Virus record (IMG/VR): IMGVR_UViG_3300033145_002388
Coordinates: 1-64,000 of that record
Source of the DNA: a virus
Direction: 5' to 3' (one strand)
Length of the DNA stretch: 64,000 nucleotides
Shown: positions 36,513 to 49,100 of the stretch, one piece after another
Position numbering within the stretch: the stretch's first letter is position 1
Layout: each line of letters opens with the position of its first letter
The notes under the pieces: model-generated
Databases searched by the model: none
Seen by the model: the letters and a program-made list of their open reading frames with translations, nothing else
Told to the model about the DNA's origin: nothing
Program-made: the position numbers and the translations under genes

Positions 36513-37180
36513 GAGGTTCATATGAAATTGTTCTTTATATAGACGAAGATAAATTTTATATAAAGAGATGGATTAAATGTTTTCATAATATTCGATATTT
36601 AAGTATTAAAGAAAGGATTAAATATATTAGATCTTGGGGGACTCCATCAATTAGTATTCTATTTAAGAATGCAGATTTAAATAGATTTAGTTGGATAATA
36701 AGAAAGTATAAATTTTATCCTAGTTATGTTAGAATTTATTTTGGGGTTACTTTAGCAGATTTTATAACAGATAAATTATTTAGTCCTCGAACCAAAGCAA
36801 TTTTATTTATTCAAGCTCCAGTAAAATTTGCTAGTTCAAATCAGGATAGTCTAATTAAAGCTTCTCATTTTTTTTCTTGTATAATGTTTCCATTATTTAG
36901 AAGAAATTGGAGAAGTGCTAAATCTAAATATCCCGAGCTTGACGCAATTTATAATGGTGGTAAGATAGATAATGATAATTGTTTTGAAGAAGTAGGAAAG
37001 AAATTAGGATTATCTTGTTGTTATTTTCAATCTGATTATAAAAAATTAATTCCAAAAAAACCATATTGTTTTGCAATTTGTAGAAGTGAATTAAAAAATT
37101 TAAAGTTAAATCTAGATGGTACTATAACACCAACTAAAAATAAAAGAGTTTTACTAGATAATTTTTATGACGTTATTTAA
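36509..37180 (+). CDS. hypothetical protein
   Basis: 223-aa ORF overlapping neighbours. Confidence 0.6.
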   Translation: MRGSYEIVLYIDEDKFYIKRWIKCFHNIRYLSIKERIKYIRSWGTPSISILFKNADLNRFSWIIRKYKFYPSYVRIYFGVTLADFITDKLFSPRTKAILFIQAPVKFASSNQDSLIKASHFFSCIMFPLFRRNWRSAKSKYPELDAIYNGGKIDNDNCFEEVGKKLGLSCCYFQSDYKKLIPKKPYCFAICRSELKNLKLNLDGTITPTKNKRVLLDNFYDVI

Positions 37181-40100
37181 GTTGTTTAAAGAACAAAACT
37201 TGAGTCTACCTTCAGTAGAAAGAAGGAAACAGCTATACTCAAGATATAAGCTAGGCACAGATTATAAAGGATCTTTTGAACAGAATACTTTACTTTCTAA
37301 AGCTATTAAAAAAGATCCAAGAGAATTTAATATTTTTGTTAATGCTTTAAAGTTTCCTTTAGCTCCAACTATAATTAAATCATCTCCTGTTAAGTCTAAA
37401 GTTAAATCTGTAGCAAAACTAGAACCTGTAAAGATTTCTAAATCCTTAAAGAAAGAATCATTTGAATATGATCGTTTGACTCCTGGTAAAACCGTAGGAG
37501 ATTGGCTTAAAGCAAAGAAAATAAAATTTGAGGACTTTCAAAAACTTAATCCCGCTTATAAAACCCAGGATTTTAAAGTTGAGAGTCCTTTTAAAGTTAA
37601 GATTCCTAAATTAGATTCTGTTTTAATTAAAGAATTTCCAAAAGTAAAAGAAATTCTTGATAAAAAATCAGGAGAAATTAAAGATCCTGCTGATATTCAG
37701 AAGATTTTAAGACAATCAATATCCAATTTATTAATAGGTGGCATTAAAGCATTGCCAGAAATTATTGTTAAGGGAAAAAATTTACTTCCAGCTTATACTA
37801 AAAATATTTCTGAGGGTATTAAACAAACTAAAATATCTGTTGATAAAAAAAATTTAGCTACTGATCTTGGTCAAAAAGAAAAAGCTTATGCTGCTAATTG
37901 GGATCCTGTTAAAATATTAGACACAACAGCGAAAACTGTTATTTCTTTGTCAGTTATGAAGAAAGGTTTCCGACCGATTTCCAGTGATTTAATTTCATTA
38001 ATTAAAAAATCACAAAAATTAAAATTAAAGGAAAAGCAAGAAAAAGAAAGAAAATTAGTAATTCCTTCCGTTGAAGATTTTTTAGCTGGGGAAAAAATAG
38101 ATTTATCTTCAGAAGAAAAAAAGATTATTACTAAACCAAAAGAAGAAAATGAAAGTCCAGAATATACTACTGCTAGATTAAAAAATATTATTTCTAAATT
38201 AGATTCTATTAAAAAAGATATTCAATTACAACAATCAAATTTAAAAGCCGAAGATAGTTCCATTATTGGCCTTATTAACAAGGAGGGAAAATTTTTACCT
38301 TGGGAAACTTTAGAAAAAGATACAGGATTGGCAAAAAATCTTCAATCTGAAATAGAAGCAATGAGTAAAAAAATTGGTCCTGCTACTAATAGAATGCAAG
38401 AGAATACTAATGAATCTATTAAGTGGCAAAATATTCTTTTTAAAAATTTAGATAAATATTCTGATGTTATATTTAATTTAATTTCAGATCCAGAAGTTAT
38501 AAAGGATCCAACAATTTTAACAAAGGTTCAGACATGGTTTCCAAATCGTGAAAGTTTTTTATTGGGAGTAACTAAATCTCCCACTGATGTTTTGGTTTCT
38601 ACGCCTGAAGTTAAGAAATTACAAAAAGAAATGGAGAGTCTTTTAACACCAGAGATGAAAGAAATTATTGATAATGCTTCTAAATTAGATCCTGAAAATG
38701 ATGAACAAGCTGATAAATTTTGGTTAGGATTAAGTTTGGATCAACAAAAATCCTATCAGAGATTAATGACTCTGAATCGTTTAATTGGGGAAAAAGATGA
38801 TGCAACCAAACTTCAAAAAACCTGGGCTTTATTAGAAGATCCTTATTTTCAAAAAACAATTTTAGAAAGTGCTAAATATTTATCTGAAGATCAAAAGAAA
38901 ATTATCCAGCCTGTTATAGAAATTGCTAAGTTAAATGCAGAAAGAACTATCTTATGGCCAAAAGTAGATAATGAAATGAAATCTCAAACAGAAGAAATAA
39001 AAAATAAATATACTGAGTATCAAAAATTAGTTGAAGGAATTAATCAAAGAATAGTAGCTTTGGGTGATCCTAAAAAACAGGGCACACTTGCTCATTGGTT
39101 AGTTGATTACGGTGATGCTATTCATGAGTATCAAAAAAGTTTATTAAAAGCTGAACTTAAGTCAGAAAAAAAAGTTGCTGAATTTCAGGATGCATATATT
39201 GAAGCTAGAAGTTTTAAATCTGTATCTAGGAATTTCATGAATGCAATTACTTCTTTCTTGAAGAATCATAGTTGGGAAATAAAAGCTGAAGATGAAAAAG
39301 GTTTCTTTTTAAAACTTAGAAAAAGTCAAGAAGAAATTTTAGCCAAGGATAAATTAAAAATAATGAGTCAAGTTGTTTTTCCTACTGGTTTTAAAAATTA
39401 TTTTATAGAAGGAGGCTATAAATATGATCTTCCTATAGCCATTACTCCAATTGGATATGAAGTCACAAAGAATGCTTTTTCTGGATTACAATGGATCTGG
39501 GATAGAACCTTGCCAGCTGCTGAGGTTGCTGTTACTGCTTTATCTCAAATAGGTTCAACTTTTTATCAAACAGTTTTAGAAGAAACGGGGGATTTGTGGG
39601 GTATGGAAAGAAAAAAAGTAGAAGAGTTAACTACAATTGGAGAATTTCCTTTTAAAGAAAAAAATTTAGTAAGTAAATTATGGAATTTAAATTGTTTTAA
39701 TTTTTTTAATTTATATGATGCTGCCAATTTAACTGATTTACAAAAGATTGCACCTGGTAAACGATTTGAAATTCAAAATCTTCCTAAATGGATAGATTTA
39801 AAAAAGGGCGGTTATCTTCCAACTCTTTATTCAAATTATAGACATCCTCGTTCTTATCAAGAAATTATGATAAAAAGCAGAATGAAAGCAGTTGAGGTTT
39901 TACCTTCTGAATTTAAAATTATTCAAGAAGAATTTTTAAGCTTAAATAATCTGAACAAGGATAGTGTTCTTAGTATTGGCGATAGGATTTTAATTCCAAC
40001 TCAGGGTTATATTGCGCCTAGAAATTTAATTAAACCTAATGAAAGAACAAAAATGGAGCAAACATCAGATGGTAGATTAGCTTTGCTTGCAATAGATTTT

Positions 40101-43100
40101 ATAGGATGGGGCTTTCTTGACCCTACTTCAATTTTTTGGACTAGAATAGGATCCTTGTCTAAATCAATTTTTAAAAATATTTGTCCTCAACTTTATAATC
40201 AATTAAAGACTCGTAAAGATTTATATAAATTTGCAAATGAATATTCTAGGGCTAGTGATTTAGCAGAGGATTTAATGAGTTTTGCTTCTTTAGATGCCAT
40301 ACCTGGGGGCAAATTTAAAGAAATGTTTCCCTCTTTGATTAATAGTCGTAAAGCTTTTATGAGCTTAAAAGTTTTAGATAATTTAGATCCAAAAGTTTTA
40401 GCTAAGATTGAGAAGTATGCGCAAGAAGGAGAATTATGGAGAAGTGGATATTTTTCAAAGTTGTTTATTGACAATGTAAAAACTAAAGTTGGGAAGGACA
40501 AACTTAAAACATTTCAAGATTCTTTAAGGGCTTTAATGTTAGAAGGAAAGATTCCTGCTGCTTCTGATAATTTAGTTTGGGAAGTTTTAAATCAATTTGG
40601 TGGTAACGGATTTGATTTAATTAAACAGATTGCAAATAATGGTCCGAAAGCTTTAGAGATTGGTTTGAATAAAGTTGTAAAAAATTATCATTCAGCAAGG
40701 TTAAGAGAATATTTACTTAAGAAAAATTTAGATAAAACTTTATATGGACTTTCTCCGTTAGAAAGAAATCAGGTTTTAAATTTATCTCAGAAGACTGAAG
40801 CTCAAATTACTAAAGAATTAAATTTAATGAGAGAACTTGGGAAGGGAAAAACATTTAAAGAAAGATTTCTTATTCGGCCAGAATTTACCCCCAAATCTAT
40901 AAATAAAATTGAGCAAGCTGTTAAGCAAACTAAAATAAATTTACTCAATGCAGAAAAGATTTTAAAGGAAAGTAAGGTTACTATTAATTTACCTGATAGC
41001 TATAAGATTTTATATAATCTTAAGAAAGAAGGGAAAAATTATTTTGATATAGTTAATAAGCAATTTGTAGTAGAACAGTTAGGAAAGAGAGGGGTACCGG
41101 GCTTAATTAAGGATTGGTATAGTCAAGTTGGTACAAAGTTAGTAACTTATCTTGATAATATTACAGGTTATTTTTCTGAAAGTACTTTAATGGCTAGAAA
41201 AAATTTAACTTATTCTGAAATAGTTAATGGTATTAAACAAGGGCATGGTGGCTTAGGTTTACGATTATTAGATACAGTTAGATTTAAAGATAAGGATATG
41301 ACAGTTAGAGCTTTAATGAAAGAATTAGAAAAAGTAGCAAAGGGCCAAAAGTCAAAAGCTACATTTCTTTCTACTAAATGGCCTATTAAAATTCCATTAC
41401 AAAAGAAACAATCTTCTTCTTTACTTGATGCAATTTATAAAAGTATAAAGTTTGATTCATTTAAAAATAAAGATTGGGTTGGAATGAATTCTTATAGTTT
41501 TAAAGAATTATTAGGTAAGGTTCAAAAGTTAGATAAAAATTTTGTGCCTGTTTCAAAAACTAAAGATGTTTATAATACTTTACCTTTGCAATGGTTTAAT
41601 GCTAATAAAAATACTCAGGGCTATGCTGTATTTGGCGGACTTCCATCTCGTCATGGAATGTCTAAAATAATTAAAGTAAAATCTAAAGAAAAATTAATTA
41701 TTCAAGATCCAAAAGATTTTAAAGCTTATTTTGAAGAAGCAGTAAATCTTTATTTTTTACAAAAATATTCTCCATTAGAATATAAGCGTTATCAAGATGA
41801 TTTAGTTCAGATGGTAAAAAGACAAACTGATAAACAATTAAAAGCTTGGTTAACCCCTCAAGATAGAATTGCTTTACTTATTTTTGAAAATGAGAAAAAG
41901 GGAATTGCTTCTCTACCCAATTCTATTATAGATTTATTTGAATCTTTAACAGGTAGCGCTGATGATATTAAAAGATCTATAACTTTATTTTTAAATAAAA
42001 GAATGGGATTAGAAAAAGAACAAATCCTTGCTTCAAAAAAAGCTGAATTAATTAAATCTTTTAAAGCTCATGGAATTAAAGAACCAGAAAGAGAATGGTT
42101 ACTTTATAGAAGACGTTGGAATTTTGATTTAGTTATTAATCCTCAAGTTGAAGAGTTTGCAACAATTCATAATTTACTTTCAAAGTTTCCTATTTTAAGT
42201 TTCAAAAAAACTTCTAAATTAATTCCTGCTAAATATGTTACTAGATTAGAAAAAAATAGTTATCCATTTAGAAGCAGATATCCTAGTGAAATTGATAGAT
42301 TGTTTTATGAAATTCAACAGGGGGGTCGAAAAAGATTCTCGGAAATTATTTCCGAAAAAAAATCTTTACCTCAGAAAATAGAAGAGATAAAGAATATCAA
42401 AGCTGAAACCTTAAATATTCAAGCTAATAATTTTTTATTTTGTCCTTCTGCTTCCAAACTTCATACTGATAGAGATATTAGATTAGCTGTACAAAAATAT
42501 GGAAGTCGTGGGAATTTTATTATTCCAGGTGATTATAAAAATGCTGAGTATGCTAGAAAGAAATTTGAAACTTATTTGCCACAAGGAAGAGCTAAAGTAC
42601 TAAAAAAAGATTTTCAAAAAGGTAGTCAAACTCAGTTTGTTTTAAATCAACCTCAATTTATAGATGATCTTAAAAATGTAAATCAATTAGATGAAATGAC
42701 TTTGGGAGGAGTAATTCCTGAAAAAAAGTTAGCTGAATTTTGGGCTCAAATTCCAGAAGATCTTCCTAGCAGAAAAATTTTTAAAACTGGAAAATATTAT
42801 CCCTCAGAAACTATTGGTGCTGGGGTTAGGGCTAGTAAATTAAAAAAACTTGAAGACCAATTTGGAAAAAAAATTGCTAAACAAAAAATGGCAGATATTG
42901 AAAAAACAATGGCTGAACAAAAAAAATATTGGCTTCCTCAAAAAAAGTACAGTCTTGGTTATGATTATGATGCAATAGATGATATTCAAAAGAATATAAA
43001 TTTTGTAATGAAAGATGTTAATGATCCAATAGCTAAAGAATTTAAAAGTTGGATTAGATACGAAGAATTAGAAGAGTTAGAAAAAAATCATAAAGGAATG

Positions 43101-46100
43101 GTTATAGAAATATTTGAAATACTAAGTGCAAAAAAACGAGTTCTTAATTCCATTTTTTCTTCTAAAGAATTTTATGTACAAAAAAATAATATAGTCTTTA
43201 CTTCATTAAAAGGAGTACCGCTTGATACCACAATCGCAATCGGTTTTACTAAGGGCAAAGTTTTAGGAAAACCTAGAGCTTTAATGGCTAACCAGGTTAA
43301 AGCTTATGTAAAAGATATTGCTTATAAGAATAATTTATCTAAAGCTGAATGGCCAAAAGATATGAGTTTCAATAAAGTTTCTGATGATATTAAGAAAGCT
43401 TTTTATTTGAATAAATACAATACTAGAGAGCAATTTAGAAAAGGATTTAAAGAAGTTATTAAACCAGTTAAAAAAGGAAAAACAGACAAAGCATTAAATA
43501 AATTAATGAGAGATTTAGATTTAGAAAAAAAAGGAATTGTTTATTCTAAATTAGATAGATATTTTACAGATCAAGTTAAAAATTTATATACTATAGAAGA
43601 GAGAGGAAGTTTTCTTGGAACAATTAAAACTGAATTAGAATTAGCTAAGAAAAATCTTAACTTTTTAAATTTAGGTTATAAGAAATTAATTTCTGCTAAA
43701 AAATCTGGAAAGAAATATATCTATTTAAAAAAACAAAATGTTTGGGTTAAGGGTGAAAAACCTGGCCCGATTATGAAAGATTATGTTAAAGATGAAAGTA
43801 TACTTTGGAAACCAACTCAAACTTTAATTCCCGAAGGTTTTCAATCGAGGGGAGAAATTACTTCTAAGATGTTAATGTCTGAAAATATTTTAACTAAATC
43901 TAGAGGCACTGAAAAAATTAGTATTGATAATGCAATTAAAAGTATAGCAATTGATTTACAAAAACAAAGACAATATGTTCCTAAAGTAGAAAGTCTGGAA
44001 AGAGTCTTTGGATTATTTAATTTTAAATCTGAATATATTAAAAATTTGGATGATTTTATAGATGCTTTGTGGGATATTTCACATAAGAATCCTTCATCTA
44101 AAGCAACTGGTTTAGTTGGGGAATGGAGAACTAACTTTATAATTAATTCAAGAGGACCAAATGTTTTAAGACCTAGTCTTATAGATTTAAAGAAACATAA
44201 ATTAAAAATAGCTGAGATTAAAGCTTATCCAATTCCAAAACTTACAAAATTTATTGAGTCTCAACAAATAGCAAATGTTAAATTTCCGATTTCTATGAGT
44301 AAAGAAGCTGCATCTCTTAAGACTCTTAGACATTTTAATACTAATATTATAGTTGCAGTAGATTTAAAAATTCCTATAGAAATTTCAAGTAAATATAAAA
44401 CTATTTGGAAATCAAATTCTAGAAACTTTTTTCCTATTGGCTCTAAGTTCGCTACTAAAGAAGAAATTAATTTAACTCGAAAAGTTAGAGATGCTTTTTT
44501 TAATAAAAAGAAGGTAGTTTTTGTAGGAGAAAATGCTGATTTAGTTAGATTAAGAGTCTTGTCTTTATTTCCTCCAGAGGAATTTGCTACATATAAAGGA
44601 TTGTTTACTTTAAAAAGAATTCCAGCAATGAGAACTAAAACTTATCCTGGTTATACGTGGGAATTTAGAAAAGGAAAGAGACCAATTTTAATGAATGAAA
44701 CAGAAAAGAAATTGTTAACTGAAATTCTTCCAAAAAAAGATTGGGATGATTTAGTTAGTTACCTTAAAAGTCCTGGCATTCCTAGAACAGTTGAAGAGAT
44801 TCCTGCCGAACAAACAAAGAGATTGGTTGCAGATTTCTTATCTGATCTAGAAAACTCTATTAAAATTTCTCCTGATTATAATAAGTTTTGGATTAGTAAA
44901 ACCAGGAAAGCAATTGGCAGTAAAGTTAAACATGTTAAGGTTGAATTACCCACAATGTTATCTTTTTCTGATATTGAAAATCTAGGTTTACTTAAAAATG
45001 CTGGAGTAAATTTATATATTGAAAGAGTTTCAGGAATGAGAGAAGCTGCTCTAAAACAATTAAGACATGAAGGAATAAATCCTAAATTAATTAGCTCAGC
45101 TAAAGCAAAACAAATTCATTATTCTTATGTTAAAGGAAAAAAGGGAGCTGGTCAAATTTACGAAAAAATTCAAGGTTTAAAATCAAATGTTTTTGATGGA
45201 ATAAAAAAAGATCTTAATATTTTTTTTAAGGATTTTAAAAAAGTTATTCCTGTTTCTGCTATTGATCGTGGAACTTTAAGAAAAAGCACATATGAATGGT
45301 TAGATAATGCTTATGCATTAAAAGGAAAAAAGGATTTAATAACTCAATGGAAAGGAACTTCAAAAATTCTTACTAGAGAATTTCGAGATAATTTAGAAAA
45401 TGTCTTATTAAAAGAATTTGGAACTTTAAATAATAAGGTTGCTCAAAATATCTTAGCTAGAAAGATGTCTAAGTTTGATGATTATCTTAAATTAGCAGAA
45501 GAAATGAAATTAGGTTTTGGGGGTCAGAAAAGATTATCTTTTTACTCTATCGGAAATAAACTTAAAGCTTTAATCAATTCAGGATTTGAATGGGTTGCAG
45601 AAAAAAAAGTTGGTACTCCTTTAACTATGGGGGAAAAAGGAATGATTTTAACCCTACAAGCATTGGATAAAACTATAAAAACTACTGATTTAATGATATC
45701 ACTTCCACTTAGAACCTTAAGAACTATGTGGATATGGGGAGTTTTATTTTTAAGACCTGGTTGGCATTTAAATAATATGTTGGGAGATAGTTTAAGGGGT
45801 ACCATGGCCTCACATGACCTTAAATATTTTATAGATTCATCTAGACAATTTAGTTTATTAACAACATCTTATCTTAAATTTTTAGGAAGAGATATTCGTA
45901 GTTTATTTTATCCTCTTTATCGAAATTTTATTCCAACCAAATTAAGAAAGTTTAATTTATTTAAAGATCCTTTAAAGGTTAGTAGGAATGAAATGAGGAA
46001 AGTTTTAAAGCAAACTGTTGCTCCTAATACTGTTAAGAATAAGAGAAGATTAAAACTTTTGTTAAAGAATTATGATCTTACTTTTAATCCTAAAACCATT

Positions 46101-49100
46101 AGATTACTTCATGCAAAAAGTCCAATAAGCTGGGCACCTAAAAAAGTTTTTAAAAGTTTATCTAGTCCGCAATACTGGTCTAGAAAATATAAGATTCCCA
46201 TGAGTTCAGTAGAACAAGCTGCTCATATGGGAATGTTAACTGCGTTAGAAGATCCTATTTATGCTTCAAAATTATGGAAGTTAATGGCAGAAACTGGAAT
46301 CAAATCAGCTATTAAGAAACGTGCTACATTATTAAAATTAGATATAACTCTTTATGCAAATATAAACGAGAAGATGCGAAGACTTTTATTGCTAGATAGT
46401 TTAATGAAAAATAAAGCAATGAGTTTAGCCAAGGCTTCTATGCGAGTTAAAAGTTATATTTTTGATTATTCTCATTTATCTCGAGCAGAAAGAGTTTTTA
46501 GAATTATTTGTCCATTTTGGTCATTTAGTAGATTTAGTGTTGAGCTTTATACTAAAATACTTTTAAAAGAAGGCCCAAAATTTTATTGGGCTGGAAAGTT
46601 TTTTATTGAAGCTTTAGATGAAGTTTCTAAAAATTTACCAGAGCAATTTAAAAACAGAATTCCTATTCCATTTACTGGAACCTTTGCTTATTTGCCTTTT
46701 GGTATAATTGATTATTGGAGAATGATGGCTAATCCCAAAGAAGAACTTTTAAGATTTGTAGATAATCCATTACAAATGCCTTTTGGATTAGGAATGGATC
46801 CTATGCTTGGTACAACTACTGCGTTATTAATTAAAAGAAAATGGTATGAAACTTCTAGAATTTTAAAAGATAATACTGGATGGACTGATGAACAAATAAA
46901 AAAAGAAATGGATAAATTTGGAGCTCCTAATTTAAATATGTTAATTGATTTTCCTACCTTTCTTTCTAATTATTTTCCACCTGCAGCAATTGCCGGGATA
47001 GTGTTTCCTAGTTTATTTAAAGTTGATCGTGCTACTATAGAAGATGAATTTTCTGTAATTCAATCTACTACGCTTAGATCATTATTTAAATGGTTTGGTT
47101 TTAATATTTTAAAAGAAGAACCTTGGATGGAATTTGGAAATCTCTATGAAAAAACCGCGCCCCATCTTAGACCTTTCCTTATAGAAAAAACTAAGAAAGA
47201 AAATCCTTTTATATATGAAGCTTGGGAGAATTTTATAGCTAAGACTAAGATGCTTAATCTTTTAAATGCTAGGACTCCCGATGAAAAAGTTCTTGCTATG
47301 CATGATTTAGAAAAGTTTGAGGTAGTTTCAAAGTATTATGAACTTGAAGAACAACATAAGGGCTATGGTACTAGATGGATAGAATCAATGGCGGCCAAAG
47401 GAAATATGGGTCCAAAGGCTTTACTTCAAGAACACTTTAATTATGATATTAATGAAAGTAGCTGGCGGAGAGAACAAAAAGCTAAGTATGATAAAATGCA
47501 AGCTAAGATTTTCATGAAACAAGTAGAAAAAGAATTTGTTGCAAAAATTACTCCTACTACCGGAGCCGCGATGGATGTTTTAAATATTCCTCATCCTGAT
47601 GTAGGATTTAAAGAAGCATTTGAATCACAGATTTATGATGGGTATGGTAATGTACGTTTTGATACAGTTGATGAAGCAATTCAAGCTTCTAAAGAAATGG
47701 CTGAAAAATATAATTTAGATAATTTAGTTCCAGAAGAAATTAAAAGTAGAATAAATCAAGAATCTCAAGAGTGGAAATTAAGAAGTTGGGAAGCTAAAGA
47801 GCAAAAAAAATTAGAAGATTCAAAATATTATGCTCAATTAGGAGTTGCTTATTCATATATTCCTGAAAATATTGATAAGCTTTCAGCTGAACAACAACGA
47901 TTAGTTTACGCTAAACGAGATAAATATATTTCTGGAATGTCAAAAGAATTTCAATCAAGATGGAAAGAATCTCAACCAGAATATATACAACATTATAAGG
48001 AACTTTTAAATACTGCTTATGATCGAATTGGTTCTATCTATAAAAAATGTCAAATTTCTCCTTATGATAAAAATTATTATGTAGAATTTGAGAAGCTTCC
48101 TGAGTGGATAAAAAATTTACATTTTGTTTATCATCCTGAAGACAAAGACATTATTCCATTTAAAGCGGAATTATTTAGAAGATTTCAAATAGATAGAAAA
48201 CAAAATTTAAAAGGTTATAGCTCAAATAAAAGGGATAGTTTTTATTTTTCTAATGATTTAATTGCTATTAAGGGCAGAAAAGCAATAGCTAAAGATGATC
48301 CCGTGGCTTATGAATTTTCTAAATTAAGTCAGGATCTAAGTTATAAGGTTGATTTAAGTTATCAATCAGGTTCCTTGGTTGGTTATTATACTTTATTTAA
48401 TACAATGCCAGCATGGTGGAAAGATAGATTTTGGGAGTTAAAAGAAGAGTCTGTTAAATCAGGTTGGTTATCAGAAGAAGATTATGATATGTCTAAAAAA
48501 TGGTTTGAATTTAATTCTAGATTAGAAAAAGCTAAAATTAAAGATAGAGAAAATTTAGAAAATGGAATTATTTCTAATTTAAATGAAAAGATTTGGTTTG
48601 AAAAAAAATATAATGATGTTAAAAATTGGAATGAAAAGAATGAAATGAATAAGGGATATAAACTTTATACTAGACTTCAATTTCAATTTAATAGGAAAGT
48701 AGAAAAAGAAGGTCCACAAAATTATTATTTATTTGTAAAAAATCTTCCCGAAGAAGCTAAGCTATATTATTTGCGCCATCATTTAGACTCAATTCAGTAT
48801 ATTGATTTTATGGCTAAGTATAATCAGTTATTTTTTGATAAGGAATTTATTGAAGATAGTGATGCTAAAGCTAATGATTTCTTTTGGGCTCCTGAAAATA
48901 CTATTGCTAGAAATGTCTATTTTCAAACTCATCCAAATGAAGAATATTATAGAAAGGAAAGAGAGCGAATTTTCGCTCTAGCTAATACTGCGGGAGAATA
49001 TTATGATTTAATTCTTTCTGCTCCTCAAAAATTTCAAGATATATATTTTAAAAAGCATCCATTAGCTAAACTCTATTTGTCAGAAGTTCAGAAATATTTT

